Notes: generated by a model from the sequence alone, not told the origin. A stretch of 64,000 nucleotides of DNA from Chthoniobacteraceae bacterium (GCA_044376515.1 JBILKV010000002.1:1209-65208), one strand, 5' to 3'. Shown: positions 8,792-18,437, counted from the first letter of the stretch. Program-made: numbers and translations.

Positions 8792-11511
8792 ATTCCATCC
8801 GACGATTTACCCCCACAACTGTAATGCATGCGGCCAGCTTGGGGGCGTTTGGGGCGTGCACTTTGGGAGCGCTCCAGCTGAACCTGATGGCAGCCAAATC
8901 ACCGCCGCCGCCGAGGGCCGCCGAGGTTGCATCCGCCGACGTGACCGAGATGATGGAGATGAGCCGCAAGGAAGTGCAGCGGCGCGAGAATGGGCGCCTC
9001 AAAGCCGTGGAACAGCTCGAACTCGCACACGCGAAGATGGCGATCAAGGATTATAAGCCGGCAATCAAGCATTACCTTGAGGCGCTCAAAAATCTGCCGG
9101 AATCGCGGAATAACTGGAAGGAACGTGCCGCTGCGATGTCGGGCTTTCGTGACGCTTCCTTGGAGTTGGCCAAAGTCCGCGCAAGTGAGGGACGGTATTT
9201 TCACAAGGAAGGGCAACAACTCGAGAGCGCGGAGGATGTGCTGAATGCGCTGCTCGAAAAGGATCCGGATAACAGGACGGCTAGGCGGCAGCTTGAGAGG
9301 CTTTACGATCCGACCATTACCAACCGGATGTATACGCCGACGCACCGGGCCGAACTTGAGGATGTGAAACGGCTTCTCAACGAGGCGCAAGGATTCTACG
9401 ACATCGGCAAGTTTGACCTGGCCATCAAGCGGGCGGACCAAGTTCTGGACATCGACCCCTACAACAGTGCGGCGCGCAAAATCCAGCAACTGTCCGACGA
9501 CGCAATCACCCGTTACGGGGAGAACGCCTATGACGAAGCGCGGGCTCGAGCAATCCGAAACGTGCAAAAGGCCTGGGCAAGCCCGGTTAAGCGTTATGGC
9601 ACTGTCTCCACCAGCACCACCGCCCCCCAGCAGATGGAGGAAACCGGTGTGGAGCGGTTGCGTAAGAAAGTGGCGACCCTTGTGATACCAGAGGTGGAGT
9701 TCCGCGACTCCACCCTTACCGAAGTCGCCGCGATCCTGACGGAGGCGTCTAAAAACGCCGACCGTAGCAACGATCCACAGAAGGGCGTGACGATTCTGGT
9801 GAACATTCCAAACCTGCCCAAAGGAGGTGGGTCCGCACCCGCCGCCCCGGGCGGAAGCGTCCTCGATCTGTCGCCGCCCACGGGCGGCGGGGCGGGAGGG
9901 ATGAGCGCCATGCCGACAGTGACGCTCCCGAAGATTCCAAACTTCACCCTTGCCCGCATTTTGGACTACGTGACCGAGCAATCGGGGACAACCAAATGGA
10001 CGGTCAAGAAAGACTCCATCGAAATCGTGCCGAAGACGGCCCAAACCGACACGCTCATTCTGAGGACTTGGACGGTATCGCCTTTTATTTTCAGCAGCTC
10101 GGCCCCCAAGGTGGATGCAGAGCTCAGCTCCACCGGACTGGGCGGACTCGGACTCGGAGGCGCCACCGGCGGAGCCGCCCCAAAACCAAACAACTCCCGC
10201 CGGATCGACGCCAAAGAATTCCTCAGCGGCCAGAATGTGAGTTTCGCGGCGCCCAACTCCACGGCCACGTACAATCCCCGCACGAAATCGCTCACTGTAT
10301 TCAACACGGCGGAAATGCTGGAACTCGTCGACCAACTGGTGGCGGACGGGGCCGACAGCAGTCCCGTTCAGGTGGATATTCAGGCCCGTTTTGTCGAGTT
10401 TACCCAGCAGAACCTCAAGGAACTTTCCTTTGACTGGCTCATGGGCCAATCCAACGTGCCGGGAGGCGAGAGAATCTTCACCGGAGGAGGAACCACGGGT
10501 TCCCAACGGCCATCGCTCAATTCCTCGGACTTCCCCTTCACGATCCCCTCGGGCGGCGCTTTTCCAAATGGCGGAAACCCGGTGGGCGTCTTTCCGGTCA
10601 CAGGCGGAAACCGCTCCGGCAAACTCGCTCTGAGTTCGAGTGCCATCGACGCTTTGCTCGCGGGAGCCACGGGTGGCGGAGGACTCGCCGGCCCGGCGGC
10701 ATTCTCGGTCGCGGGGGCGTTTACGGACCCTCAGTTTCAGATGGTAATTCGTGCCATGAACCAGTCCAAGGCGATCGACCTGCTCTCGAGTCCGAGCATC
10801 GTGGCGCGCAATCAGGAAGAAGCCAACATCGACATCGTCCGGGAGTTCATGTACCCCACGGCCTTCACCCCGCCCCAGATTGGGGGGGCCGCAGGCGGGG
10901 CAGGTGCTGCTGCCGGTGGCGGCGCGGTTGGGAACGCTGCAGCGCCCGCCGCGAGCATACCGGTCACTCCGACGACCCCGTCGGACTTCCTCAAGCGCGA
11001 CACAGGAGTGAAGCTCAAGGTAAACCCAACCATTCAGCCGGACCGCTATTCTGTTGACCTTGACCTCCGCCCAGAAGTCATAGAGTTTGAAGGATTTATT
11101 AATTACGGGAGCCCGATCCAAACCGTTGCCACCCAGAGCGCCATCACCACGGCCGTCGGCGGAATCGCCTCCACCCCAAAAGCAGTCACCCTCACCGACA
11201 ACGTCATCAACCAGCCCATCTTTGCCGTGCGTCGCATTCAGACCAACGTGACCCTGCTCGACGGGGAAACCATCGCCCTTGGAGGTCTCATCCGGGAGGA
11301 TGTCCAAAAGGTGGACGACAAAGTCCCCATCCTCGGTGACATTCCGGGTTTGGGGCGCCTCTTCCGATCCAAGGTGGACCAGCATATCAAGAAGAACCTC
11401 ACCATCTTTGTGACCGCCCGCATCATCGACGCCGCCGGGCAGCCCATCAAAATCAACAAGGCCGAACAGGAGCCTCCTGAGGAGGTTCCGGCGCTCACCG
11501 CTCCACGCTAG
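8788..11511 (+). CDS. pilQ: secretin (PilQ/GspD family outer-membrane channel) with N-terminal TPR region
   Basis: 907 aa with a signal-like N-terminus. TPR-like helices (AIKHYLEALKNLPE, GFYDIGKFDLAIKRADQVLDIDPYNSAARK). Secretin C-domain blocks: LLSSPSIVARNQEEANI, VTLLDGETIALGGLIRED, VPILGDIPGLGRLFR, LTIFVTARIID. Confidence 0.85.
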   Translation: MNSIRRFTPTTVMHAASLGAFGACTLGALQLNLMAAKSPPPPRAAEVASADVTEMMEMSRKEVQRRENGRLKAVEQLELAHAKMAIKDYKPAIKHYLEALKNLPESRNNWKERAAAMSGFRDASLELAKVRASEGRYFHKEGQQLESAEDVLNALLEKDPDNRTARRQLERLYDPTITNRMYTPTHRAELEDVKRLLNEAQGFYDIGKFDLAIKRADQVLDIDPYNSAARKIQQLSDDAITRYGENAYDEARARAIRNVQKAWASPVKRYGTVSTSTTAPQQMEETGVERLRKKVATLVIPEVEFRDSTLTEVAAILTEASKNADRSNDPQKGVTILVNIPNLPKGGGSAPAAPGGSVLDLSPPTGGGAGGMSAMPTVTLPKIPNFTLARILDYVTEQSGTTKWTVKKDSIEIVPKTAQTDTLILRTWTVSPFIFSSSAPKVDAELSSTGLGGLGLGGATGGAAPKPNNSRRIDAKEFLSGQNVSFAAPNSTATYNPRTKSLTVFNTAEMLELVDQLVADGADSSPVQVDIQARFVEFTQQNLKELSFDWLMGQSNVPGGERIFTGGGTTGSQRPSLNSSDFPFTIPSGGAFPNGGNPVGVFPVTGGNRSGKLALSSSAIDALLAGATGGGGLAGPAAFSVAGAFTDPQFQMVIRAMNQSKAIDLLSSPSIVARNQEEANIDIVREFMYPTAFTPPQIGGAAGGAGAAAGGGAVGNAAAPAASIPVTPTTPSDFLKRDTGVKLKVNPTIQPDRYSVDLDLRPEVIEFEGFINYGSPIQTVATQSAITTAVGGIASTPKAVTLTDNVINQPIFAVRRIQTNVTLLDGETIALGGLIREDVQKVDDKVPILGDIPGLGRLFRSKVDQHIKKNLTIFVTARIIDAAGQPIKINKAEQEPPEEVPALTAPR

Positions 11512-11518
11512 GCGCGCC

Positions 11519-12124
11519 ATGCCTGTTCTAGGCATCACGGGGGGAGCGGCCTGCGGGAAATCCGCCTTCGTCTCCGAACTGCTCGCGCTTCTGCCCGGTG
11601 CGGAGGCCTTCAGTGCGGACGTAGCGGTCGGGGAGCTGGCCGAAAATGACCCAGCGGTGCGCGAAGAACTCACAAGCCTCTTCGGACCCGGATGCCTGAC
11701 CCCTGAGGGGCACTACAACCGCCCCTGGGTCCGCGAACGCGCCTTTTCCGACCCGGCGCTCCGCTCCGGCCTGAACGCGATTTTCCACCCACGGGTGCGC
11801 CAACTTTGGAGTGCAGTCGCCGAAAAAGCCCGGCACTCTTCCCACTGGCTCTTGGCAGAAATTCCGCTTCTTTACGAAACGGGCGGGGAAGCCCTGTGCG
11901 ACCGGGTCGCCACCGTGGCCTGTTCCGCTACGCTCCAGTGGCACCGCCTCACGGCGGGCCGCGGCTTGGATCAAAAAACTGCGTCGCAAATCAGGGTTGC
12001 CCAAAGCAGTCTGGAGGAGAAGAGTAACAAAGCCGATTATCTCATCTGGAATGACTTCCCCTTCCCCTGCCTCCAACGACAGGCCGGACTCTGCGCCGCC
12101 TGCCTCCTCCGCTTCAGCACCTAG
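11519..12124 (+). CDS. coaE: dephospho-CoA kinase
   Basis: 201 aa. P-loop LGITGGAACGKS at the N-terminus, IFHPRV and EIPLLYETG blocks typical of CoaE. Confidence 0.8.
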   Translation: MPVLGITGGAACGKSAFVSELLALLPGAEAFSADVAVGELAENDPAVREELTSLFGPGCLTPEGHYNRPWVRERAFSDPALRSGLNAIFHPRVRQLWSAVAEKARHSSHWLLAEIPLLYETGGEALCDRVATVACSATLQWHRLTAGRGLDQKTASQIRVAQSSLEEKSNKADYLIWNDFPFPCLQRQAGLCAACLLRFST

Positions 12125-12221
12125 CCATACCGCCGAAGACGGCTCCCCCGCCTCCGTGGGCGGAAACAACACCTCCGGTACTGCGCCTGCGGTACAGTCC
12201 CCGGAACCTCCCCCCTCCAAG

Positions 12222-13475
12222 ATGGATGTGGACGAGCTTCACGAACTGACCAGCCAGGAACTCGCCACCCACGCCCAAAGGCTGGGCATCCGTTTCCATG
12301 CGGACAAGTCAAGGCACCATCTTGTTTTTGAGATCTGTCGGTTTTGCGTGGAACACGGGACGTTGCTGACCGCAACCGCGATCGTCGATGTGAATGCGCA
12401 GGGCGCCGCTTTTCTGCGCTGGCCGAGGTACAACTTCCGTCCCCTCCCTCAGGACATTCAAGTTCCGCACAACCTCGAACGCCAACTGCGGCTGAAGCCG
12501 GGGCTCCGGGTTTCAGCCCGGCTGCGGGCGCCAAGGGACAGAGACCGCTTTCTCGCAGTAGATGAAGTACTTGAGGTGGAGGGAATTCCCGCGGCCGACT
12601 GGCGCGAACCAAAGGACTTCGAGCGGCTCACCGCGATGCATCCCGTTGAGCGCATAGTGCTGGAACATCCCGGAACCCGCTCGATCACCCCGCGTGCCGT
12701 GGATCTGATCGCGCCGCTTGGCAGGGGCCAGCGCGGGCTGGTCGTGGCCCCTCCTCGGACGGGCAAGACCATCCTCCTCAAGGAGATCGCGCATGCCATC
12801 CGGACCACTTCTCCCGAGACGGCCCTCATCCTCTTGCTCGTGGACGAGCGCCCTGAAGAAGTCACCGATTTCAAGCGCTCCCTCGACTGCGAAATCTATT
12901 CCTCCACCTTCGACGAACCCGCCCTCCGCCATACGCAGGTGGCCGACATGGTGTTGGAGCGCGCCAAACGCCTCGTCGAACTCGGAAGGCACGTCGTCAT
13001 CCTCTTGGATTCCATTACCCGTCTGGCGCGGGGCTACAACAACCTGCAGCCCGGCAAGGGACGAATCATGTCCGGCGGCGTCGACGCCAAGGCACTAGTC
13101 AAACCCAAGAAGTTCTTCGGTGCGGCAAGAAACACGGAGGAGGGCGGAAGCCTCACGATTCTGGCCACGGCCCTGGTCGAGACCCAGAGCCGTATGGACG
13201 ACCTGATCTTTGAGGAGTTCAAAGGCACGGGAAACATGGAGCTCCGACTGGACCGGGCGCTTTCGGATAAGCGCATCTTTCCCGCAATCAACATTCCCCA
13301 GTCGGGAACGCGGCGTGATGAGCTGCTCTACCACCCCAAAGAGTTTGAACGCCTGAGCCTCCTGCGGCGCCAACTCGCGGCGCTTCCCGCTCAGGAAGCC
13401 ACGGAAATCCTGAATCAAAACCTGCGCAACTTTGGTTCCAACGCCGAACTTTTAATACGTGGCATCCGCGCATGA
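12222..13475 (+). CDS. rho: transcription termination factor Rho
   Basis: Rho N-terminal helix bundle ([18 protein letters not shown]), cold-shock-like RNA-binding domain (GAAFLRWP), Walker [13 protein letters not shown], and [40 protein letters not shown]. In-frame alternative starts are GTG 12156 and ATG 12051 (the latter overlaps coaE). Confidence 0.9.
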   Translation: MDVDELHELTSQELATHAQRLGIRFHADKSRHHLVFEICRFCVEHGTLLTATAIVDVNAQGAAFLRWPRYNFRPLPQDIQVPHNLERQLRLKPGLRVSARLRAPRDRDRFLAVDEVLEVEGIPAADWREPKDFERLTAMHPVERIVLEHPGTRSITPRAVDLIAPLGRGQRGLVVAPPRTGKTILLKEIAHAIRTTSPETALILLLVDERPEEVTDFKRSLDCEIYSSTFDEPALRHTQVADMVLERAKRLVELGRHVVILLDSITRLARGYNNLQPGKGRIMSGGVDAKALVKPKKFFGAARNTEEGGSLTILATALVETQSRMDDLIFEEFKGTGNMELRLDRALSDKRIFPAINIPQSGTRRDELLYHPKEFERLSLLRRQLAALPAQEATEILNQNLRNFGSNAELLIRGIRA

Positions 13476-14794
13476 ACGACGGAGCGCCCCGAGACGAGCG
13501 GTTGAAAAAAGGTTGGTTGTCGACTTTCTTTGGGCGCCTGTTTGGAAAAACGGAAGCACCGGCGCCACCCTCGGGACGCCTCACAGACCACCAAAAATCC
13601 AGCAATCCCAGGAGACGTCCGCCCCGTAAGCCAGACGGCCAGAGATCCCTACCCCAAGAGCCTCGACACGCCGGGCGTTCGCACGCGCTACACGCGGCGC
13701 CTAGGCGGTCAGTGACGCTTACCCCCTTCCGCATGATTTCAAGCACCCCTGAACTCGAAGAAGCCGTCTCGGCGTTCGCGGACCATCCACGCATCGCCCT
13801 CGACACGGAGGCAGACAGTCTGCACTGCTACTTTGACAAGCTCTGCCTTCTTCAAATTTCAATCCCCGGCTCCAACCTGCTGATTGACCCCCTTGCGGAC
13901 ATTTCACTGGCCCCCCTTTTTCAAGCACTTGAGGGGAAGACGATTGTCATCCACAGCGCCGACTATGACCTGCGCCTTCTGCGCCGGGTGGGATACGCGG
14001 GTCCAACCGTGCTCTTTGACACCATGATCGGCGCCCGCCTCTGTGGCGCTACCGAATTTGGTTTGGCCTCCCTGCTGCACCAGCACTTTGGAGTCACCCT
14101 CGCAAAGGCATCCCAAAAGGCCAACTGGGCGCGCCGGCCCCTGCCCGCGGAGATGCTCGAATATGCCGTCAACGACACTGTCAACCTCCTGACCCTCGCC
14201 CAGATTCAGGAGAACCGCCTACGCGAGCTCGGCCGATGGGAGTGGTTCGAGCAAATGTGCGAAAAACAGATCCGCTCCTCCGCCTTCACTCGGGAGCGCG
14301 ATCCGGACACCCTCTGGCGCATCTCCGGCTACGCCGAGCTGAGCCCCCGTGGAGCGGCGGTGCTGCGGTCGCTCTGGTCTTGGCGCGACCAAGAGGCCCA
14401 ATCCGTCGACAAGCCCGCCTTCCACATCCTCGCCAACGACCTGCTTCTGGACTTCTGCCACCGTTTCGACCGGGGGCAACCGGTGGAACCCCGACACCTG
14501 CGCGGCAACCGGTGGAACCGCCTCCGGGAGATGGCAGAAGCAGCCCTCCAACTGCCGGAAAGCGAATGGCCCACTCCGATTCGAAAGCCCCGTTTACGCA
14601 CCACCCACGAGCAAGAGTCGCGTTTCAAGCAACTGCGCGACAAGCGCGATGCCGCGGCTGAACTTCTCGAACTAGACCCGACGCTGATCGCGCCAAAGGG
14701 AATCCTCGAGCAACTTTCCCGCCGCGAACCGCAGGCCTTTGAAGCGCTCCTTCCTTGGCAGCGCGAATGCCTCGGCCTGGGGCCGCTCCCCTAA
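13472..14794 (+). CDS. rnd: ribonuclease D (DEDD 3'-5' exonuclease + HRDC)
   Basis: DEDD exonuclease blocks: IALDTEADSL, LLQIS, VIHSADYDLRLL, YAVNDTVNLL. ATG 13472 overlaps the rho stop (ATGA). The domain-supported core begins at ATG 13733, so the first 87 basic/Pro-rich codons are uncertain. Confidence 0.75.
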   Translation: MNDGAPRDERLKKGWLSTFFGRLFGKTEAPAPPSGRLTDHQKSSNPRRRPPRKPDGQRSLPQEPRHAGRSHALHAAPRRSVTLTPFRMISSTPELEEAVSAFADHPRIALDTEADSLHCYFDKLCLLQISIPGSNLLIDPLADISLAPLFQALEGKTIVIHSADYDLRLLRRVGYAGPTVLFDTMIGARLCGATEFGLASLLHQHFGVTLAKASQKANWARRPLPAEMLEYAVNDTVNLLTLAQIQENRLRELGRWEWFEQMCEKQIRSSAFTRERDPDTLWRISGYAELSPRGAAVLRSLWSWRDQEAQSVDKPAFHILANDLLLDFCHRFDRGQPVEPRHLRGNRWNRLREMAEAALQLPESEWPTPIRKPRLRTTHEQESRFKQLRDKRDAAAELLELDPTLIAPKGILEQLSRREPQAFEALLPWQRECLGLGPLP

Positions 14795-14812
14795 GGACCG
14801 TCGCCGAGCGTT

Positions 14813-15607
14813 TCACTGCACCGCCAGCAGATCCCCGATGCACGCGTGCACGTCGGGCGCGCGCATGAGGGTCTCGCCCACCAGAATCGCGTTGCAACCG
14901 GAGTCAAAGGCGCGCTGGCAGTCCGCCCGGGTCTTGATGCCGCTTTCACACACGAGGATCACGCCCTCGGGCACCTCCTCGCTGAGACGCTCGGTGGTGG
15001 CCAGATCCACCGCAAAAGTCGTCAGATTGCGGTTGTTGATACCGATCAGGCGGGCACCAAGGTCGAGGGCCCTGTCAAGCTCCTCAGCGTCGTGCACTTC
15101 CACAAGAACATCGAGTTGGAGGCGCAGCGCCTCCTCGTAAAGCGCCTCGAGTCGCTCCTGCCCAAGCGCAGCCACGATCAAAAGCACCGCGTCTGCGCCC
15201 GCCACGGAAGCCTCCGCGATCTGCACCTCGTGAATGATGAAGTCCTTCCGCAGCAAAGGCAGCGCCACCTCAGACCGAATCCGGCTCAGGTAGGAGAGGT
15301 TTCCCTGAAAGAACTCCCGGTCTGTCAACACCGAGAGGGCATGCGCACCCGCCGACTCGTAGGCGCGCGCAATGGCCACCGGATCAAATGCCTCGGCAAT
15401 GACTCCGACCGAGGGACTGGCTTTTTTGACCTCGGCAATCAGTCCCAAGGCCTCAGGCCCCCGGTCCAGGGCGGAGGCGAACGGCCGAAAGTCGTTGCGT
15501 TCCAGCGCGGCCGCGCGCAGATGGGCCGCACGGGGCAGGATCCGAGCGACTTCCTGCTCCTTGACCGCGAGGATTTGTTGGAGACGGTTTGCAGCCATGG
15601 TCCCCAT
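14813..15607 (-). CDS. trpC: indole-3-glycerol-phosphate synthase
   Basis: 264 aa. LIAEVKKASPSVG, LSVLTDREFFQG, LLRKDFI, IGINNRNL and ESGI blocks of TrpC. Confidence 0.85.
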   Translation of the reverse strand: MGTMAANRLQQILAVKEQEVARILPRAAHLRAAALERNDFRPFASALDRGPEALGLIAEVKKASPSVGVIAEAFDPVAIARAYESAGAHALSVLTDREFFQGNLSYLSRIRSEVALPLLRKDFIIHEVQIAEASVAGADAVLLIVAALGQERLEALYEEALRLQLDVLVEVHDAEELDRALDLGARLIGINNRNLTTFAVDLATTERLSEEVPEGVILVCESGIKTRADCQRAFDSGCNAILVGETLMRAPDVHACIGDLLAVQ

Positions 15608-15692
15608 TTAAACTGGAATTGGGGCCTGTGCGCAAGCGGTGCGCGCTTTGCCCTTTGCCACGGGACGCCCTCCCAGTGCAAACTCCGGTCTC

Positions 15693-16436
15693 ATGCCCGA
15701 GTCATCTCAAAGCCCAAACCAACCTCGCTACAAGCGGGTCGTCCTCAAGATTAGCGGCGAGGCCCTCAAGGAGGCCGGAAGTATGGAATCCATTTCGCCC
15801 CAGATCGTTGCGCAGGTGGCCCAGCAGATCAAGGACGTGCATGCCCTCGGCGTGGAAATAGCGATTGTCATCGGAGGCGGCAATATCTGGCGCGGCCTCT
15901 CAGCCAGTCACCGCGGCATGGAACGCACCACGGCCGACTACATGGGCATGCTTGCCACCGTGATCAACGGCATGGCGCTGCAATCCTCTCTGGAGGCCAT
16001 CGGCGTCGCGACCCGTGTCCAGACCGCCATCCCCATCCAGAGCGTTGCGGAACCCTTCATCCGAAGGCGGGCCATGCGCCACATGGAGGTGGGACGGGTG
16101 GTCATTTTTGTCGCCGGCACTGGAAACCCCTTTTTCTCAACCGACACGGCGGCCGCCCTTCGGGCGAGCGAAATCGGCGCGGAGGCAATCCTTAAGGCAA
16201 CCAAGGTCGACGGCATCTACACGGCCGACCCGAAGAAGGATCCCACAGCGACGAAATACGAGCGGATCAGTTACAGCCAGGCGCTTGCCCAGCGCCTGGA
16301 GGTCATGGACTCCACAGCCTTCACCCTGTGCATGGACAACCGGGTGCCGATCCTTGTCTTCGATCTGATGACGCCCAATAATATCCGGAACGCGATCCTC
16401 GGCCACCGCATCGGCACCCTTGTCGCCGCGGATTAG
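15693..16436 (+). CDS. pyrH: UMP kinase
   Basis: [69 protein letters not shown]. Start set at ATG 15693. Confidence 0.9.
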   Translation: MPESSQSPNQPRYKRVVLKISGEALKEAGSMESISPQIVAQVAQQIKDVHALGVEIAIVIGGGNIWRGLSASHRGMERTTADYMGMLATVINGMALQSSLEAIGVATRVQTAIPIQSVAEPFIRRRAMRHMEVGRVVIFVAGTGNPFFSTDTAAALRASEIGAEAILKATKVDGIYTADPKKDPTATKYERISYSQALAQRLEVMDSTAFTLCMDNRVPILVFDLMTPNNIRNAILGHRIGTLVAAD

Positions 16437-16473
16437 GAACCCCGGACCGGCGCCCCCCTTTGACGACCCATTT

Positions 16474-17034
16474 ATGGACCCAGACGAAATCATCCTCGAA
16501 ACCGAGTCGGCCATGGAGAAGGCCTTCGACTACCTCACCCACGAATTCGCCGCGGTACGGACGGGAAAAGCCTCTCCCGCCCTCGTGGAAAACATCGACG
16601 TGGAGGCATACGGCTCCACGATGAAGCTCAAGCAACTCGCCCTGATCTCCACGCCGGAGCCCCGCCTGATCGTTATCCAACCCTTCGACGCCGGCACCAC
16701 CAAGGACGTGGAAAGGGCCATCAAGGAATCGAAGCTGGGCATCAACCCGATCAGCGACGGGAAGCTCATCCGGTTGCCGATCCCCCCGCTCACCGAGGAG
16801 CGGCGCCGCGACCTGGTCAAGTCGGTCAAGCAAATGTCCGAGGAGTCCCGGATCCGGGTACGTTCCGCGCGGAGGGACGGAATCGACGGCATCCGCAAAC
16901 TGGGCAAGGAGGGCGGAATGGCAGAGGACGCGGTGGAGAGTTGCGAAAAGGAGATTCAGAAGATTACCGACGCCTTTGTCAAAAAGATCGACGATACCAC
17001 CGCGCTCAAAGAGGCGGACATCATGAAGGTCTAG
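16474..17034 (+). CDS. frr: ribosome recycling factor
   Basis: 186 aa. EFAAVRTGKASPALVENI and IRLPIPPLTEERRRDLVK blocks; sits immediately after pyrH, the conserved pyrH-frr pair. Start at ATG 16474. Confidence 0.9.
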   Translation: MDPDEIILETESAMEKAFDYLTHEFAAVRTGKASPALVENIDVEAYGSTMKLKQLALISTPEPRLIVIQPFDAGTTKDVERAIKESKLGINPISDGKLIRLPIPPLTEERRRDLVKSVKQMSEESRIRVRSARRDGIDGIRKLGKEGGMAEDAVESCEKEIQKITDAFVKKIDDTTALKEADIMKV

Positions 17035-17060
17035 GGCTCAAGGACTTTAGGATCTCCGCC

Positions 17061-17573
17061 ATGAAACGCTTGCGGGCACTTGTTTTTCTCACCCTTCCGG
17101 CGGTGATGGTCCTCTGGGCCCCACTGGGAAGAACGGAAGTCGTACGTCCCGCCCCCGACCTCGCCTTCCCGGGGCAAACGGGGAAGGCCAGAAGCCTCTC
17201 CTCGTTCAGGGGACAGCCGCTGGTCCTCTTACTGGCGGATTCCCCGAAACGCGGCGCGTTCAAATCGCAACTTAGGGCGCTCGAGGGTTCTTTTGACAGG
17301 CTCGCCAACCGTGGTGCCGTGGTAGCGGTCGGGTTCAAAAAAGGTGCTCCGCAAACCTTGCGCACGAACATCCCGTTGGTGGAACTTCCCGATGGCCCCA
17401 CCGCCTGCAACGCCCTCGGACTCCAGGGGGACTTTGCCATCGTCCTTATCGGACCCGACGGAAACATCGATTATCAAACCGGAAAGGTAATCAACATCAA
17501 CAGAATCCTCGAGGTGATGCAGAACTCCTTCGAGGTTCAACAAGCCTCTCTTCGAGGAGGCACGGGACGCTGA
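17061..17573 (+). CDS. exported thioredoxin-fold (redoxin/AhpC-TSA-like) protein lacking the CxxC/peroxidatic Cys
   Basis: Signal peptide MKRLRALVFLTLPAVMVLWA. The layout FPGQTGKARSLSSFRGQPLVLLLADSP resembles redoxins, but the active-site Cys position reads SP. Weak call. Confidence 0.4.
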   Translation: MKRLRALVFLTLPAVMVLWAPLGRTEVVRPAPDLAFPGQTGKARSLSSFRGQPLVLLLADSPKRGAFKSQLRALEGSFDRLANRGAVVAVGFKKGAPQTLRTNIPLVELPDGPTACNALGLQGDFAIVLIGPDGNIDYQTGKVININRILEVMQNSFEVQQASLRGGTGR

Positions 17574-17640
17574 CCACCGTCCGTCGGTCCCCCCACGGAC
17601 CGTGGTGGTCCTGCGGATGCACCGGAATCCACCCGGGGCG

Positions 17641-17676
17641 GTTTTGAAAAGGATGCAAGCCGGACCTTCGTCCGGC
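17641..17676 (-). terminator. candidate intrinsic terminator after motB (end of flagellar supercluster)
   Basis: Perfect 7-bp stem GCCGGAC/GTCCGGC (17659..17676) with a 4-nt loop, 5 nt after the motB stop. On the minus strand it is followed by TTGCATCCTTTTCAAAA. Confidence 0.45.
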
Positions 17677-17680
17677 GTGC

Positions 17681-18412
17681 CTAGTGAATTCCCATGTGCA
17701 CTGTGAGCCTACGCTGCTCTTCGTAGGTCGGGTGAAACCCTTCCATCGGCCGTTTGTCCGCGTATCCGCTCACCCTGACGATCTGTTCGGGCTTGAGATC
17801 GTAGTTCAAAAGGCGCCGCCGCGAGGCCGCCGCCCGCTCCGCGCTCAGTTCCCACGCTCCGCGTTCCAGACGCAGGAAATCTGCCGCCGTCGGGCCGAAG
17901 GCCCGGGAAGTATGACCATCCAAAAGGAGCAGCATCTCATGACGGCCCGCAACAAACGCGAGGTTCTTCAGCACGAAATCGCCCCACTCCGTGACTTCGG
18001 TCGAATCCACCTTGAAAAACGGCTTTTTCTGCCGGTCAAACAACGTGACCTTGATCGTTTCGTTAACCAACTTGACGTCCACCGCGCGATCCTTGTCGGT
18101 CTGGTCAATCTTGAGCAACTTGATGAGCTCATCCGCGATGAACTGGAGGTCCTTGAGTTTCCTCGACCCGCCGGCCTCCCCGACTTTGTCCATGTTCTTC
18201 TCCCCGGGGGTTTTCTGCTCTCCACCTTGGGCGGAGGGCTCATTGTCATCCGGAGGCGCAGTGTCGATTTCATCCTCGTAGACGATCTTGTTGTCGTTGG
18301 GATCTGGCGCAATAATCCACATGACGATGAAAAGCGCCATCATTGCGGTCACAAAATCCGCGTAGGCGACCTTCCACGCCCCCCCGTGATGTCCGTCTTT
18401 TTTCTTCGCCAT
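17681..18412 (-). CDS. motB: flagellar stator protein MotB paralog (distal copy, no recognisable plug helix)
   Basis: 243 aa. N-terminus GGAWKVAYADFVTAMMALFIVMWI with the conserved channel Asp. Acidic linker. OmpA-like C-domain (LLLDGHTS...WELSAERAAASRRRLL). Confidence 0.75.
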   Translation of the reverse strand: MAKKKDGHHGGAWKVAYADFVTAMMALFIVMWIIAPDPNDNKIVYEDEIDTAPPDDNEPSAQGGEQKTPGEKNMDKVGEAGGSRKLKDLQFIADELIKLLKIDQTDKDRAVDVKLVNETIKVTLFDRQKKPFFKVDSTEVTEWGDFVLKNLAFVAGRHEMLLLLDGHTSRAFGPTAADFLRLERGAWELSAERAAASRRRLLNYDLKPEQIVRVSGYADKRPMEGFHPTYEEQRRLTVHMGIH

Positions 18413-18437
18413 GGGTCAATGAGTCAAACCGAGCGCC

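Noticed and set aside
8899-11673. 924-aa ORF antisense to the secretin and coaE
   Set aside because: The sequence is low-complexity and Arg/Gly/Pro-rich with no motifs. It mirrors the frame of a gene with clear secretin motifs, so it is a typical GC-rich antisense shadow ORF.
17575-17612. Imperfect hairpin CCAC(C)GTCCGT...ACGGAC(C)GTGG just after the thioredoxin-fold gene
   Set aside because: The stem is mismatched and there is no U-tract. The better hairpin at 17659..17676 serves the convergent motB, so I did not call a plus-strand terminator.
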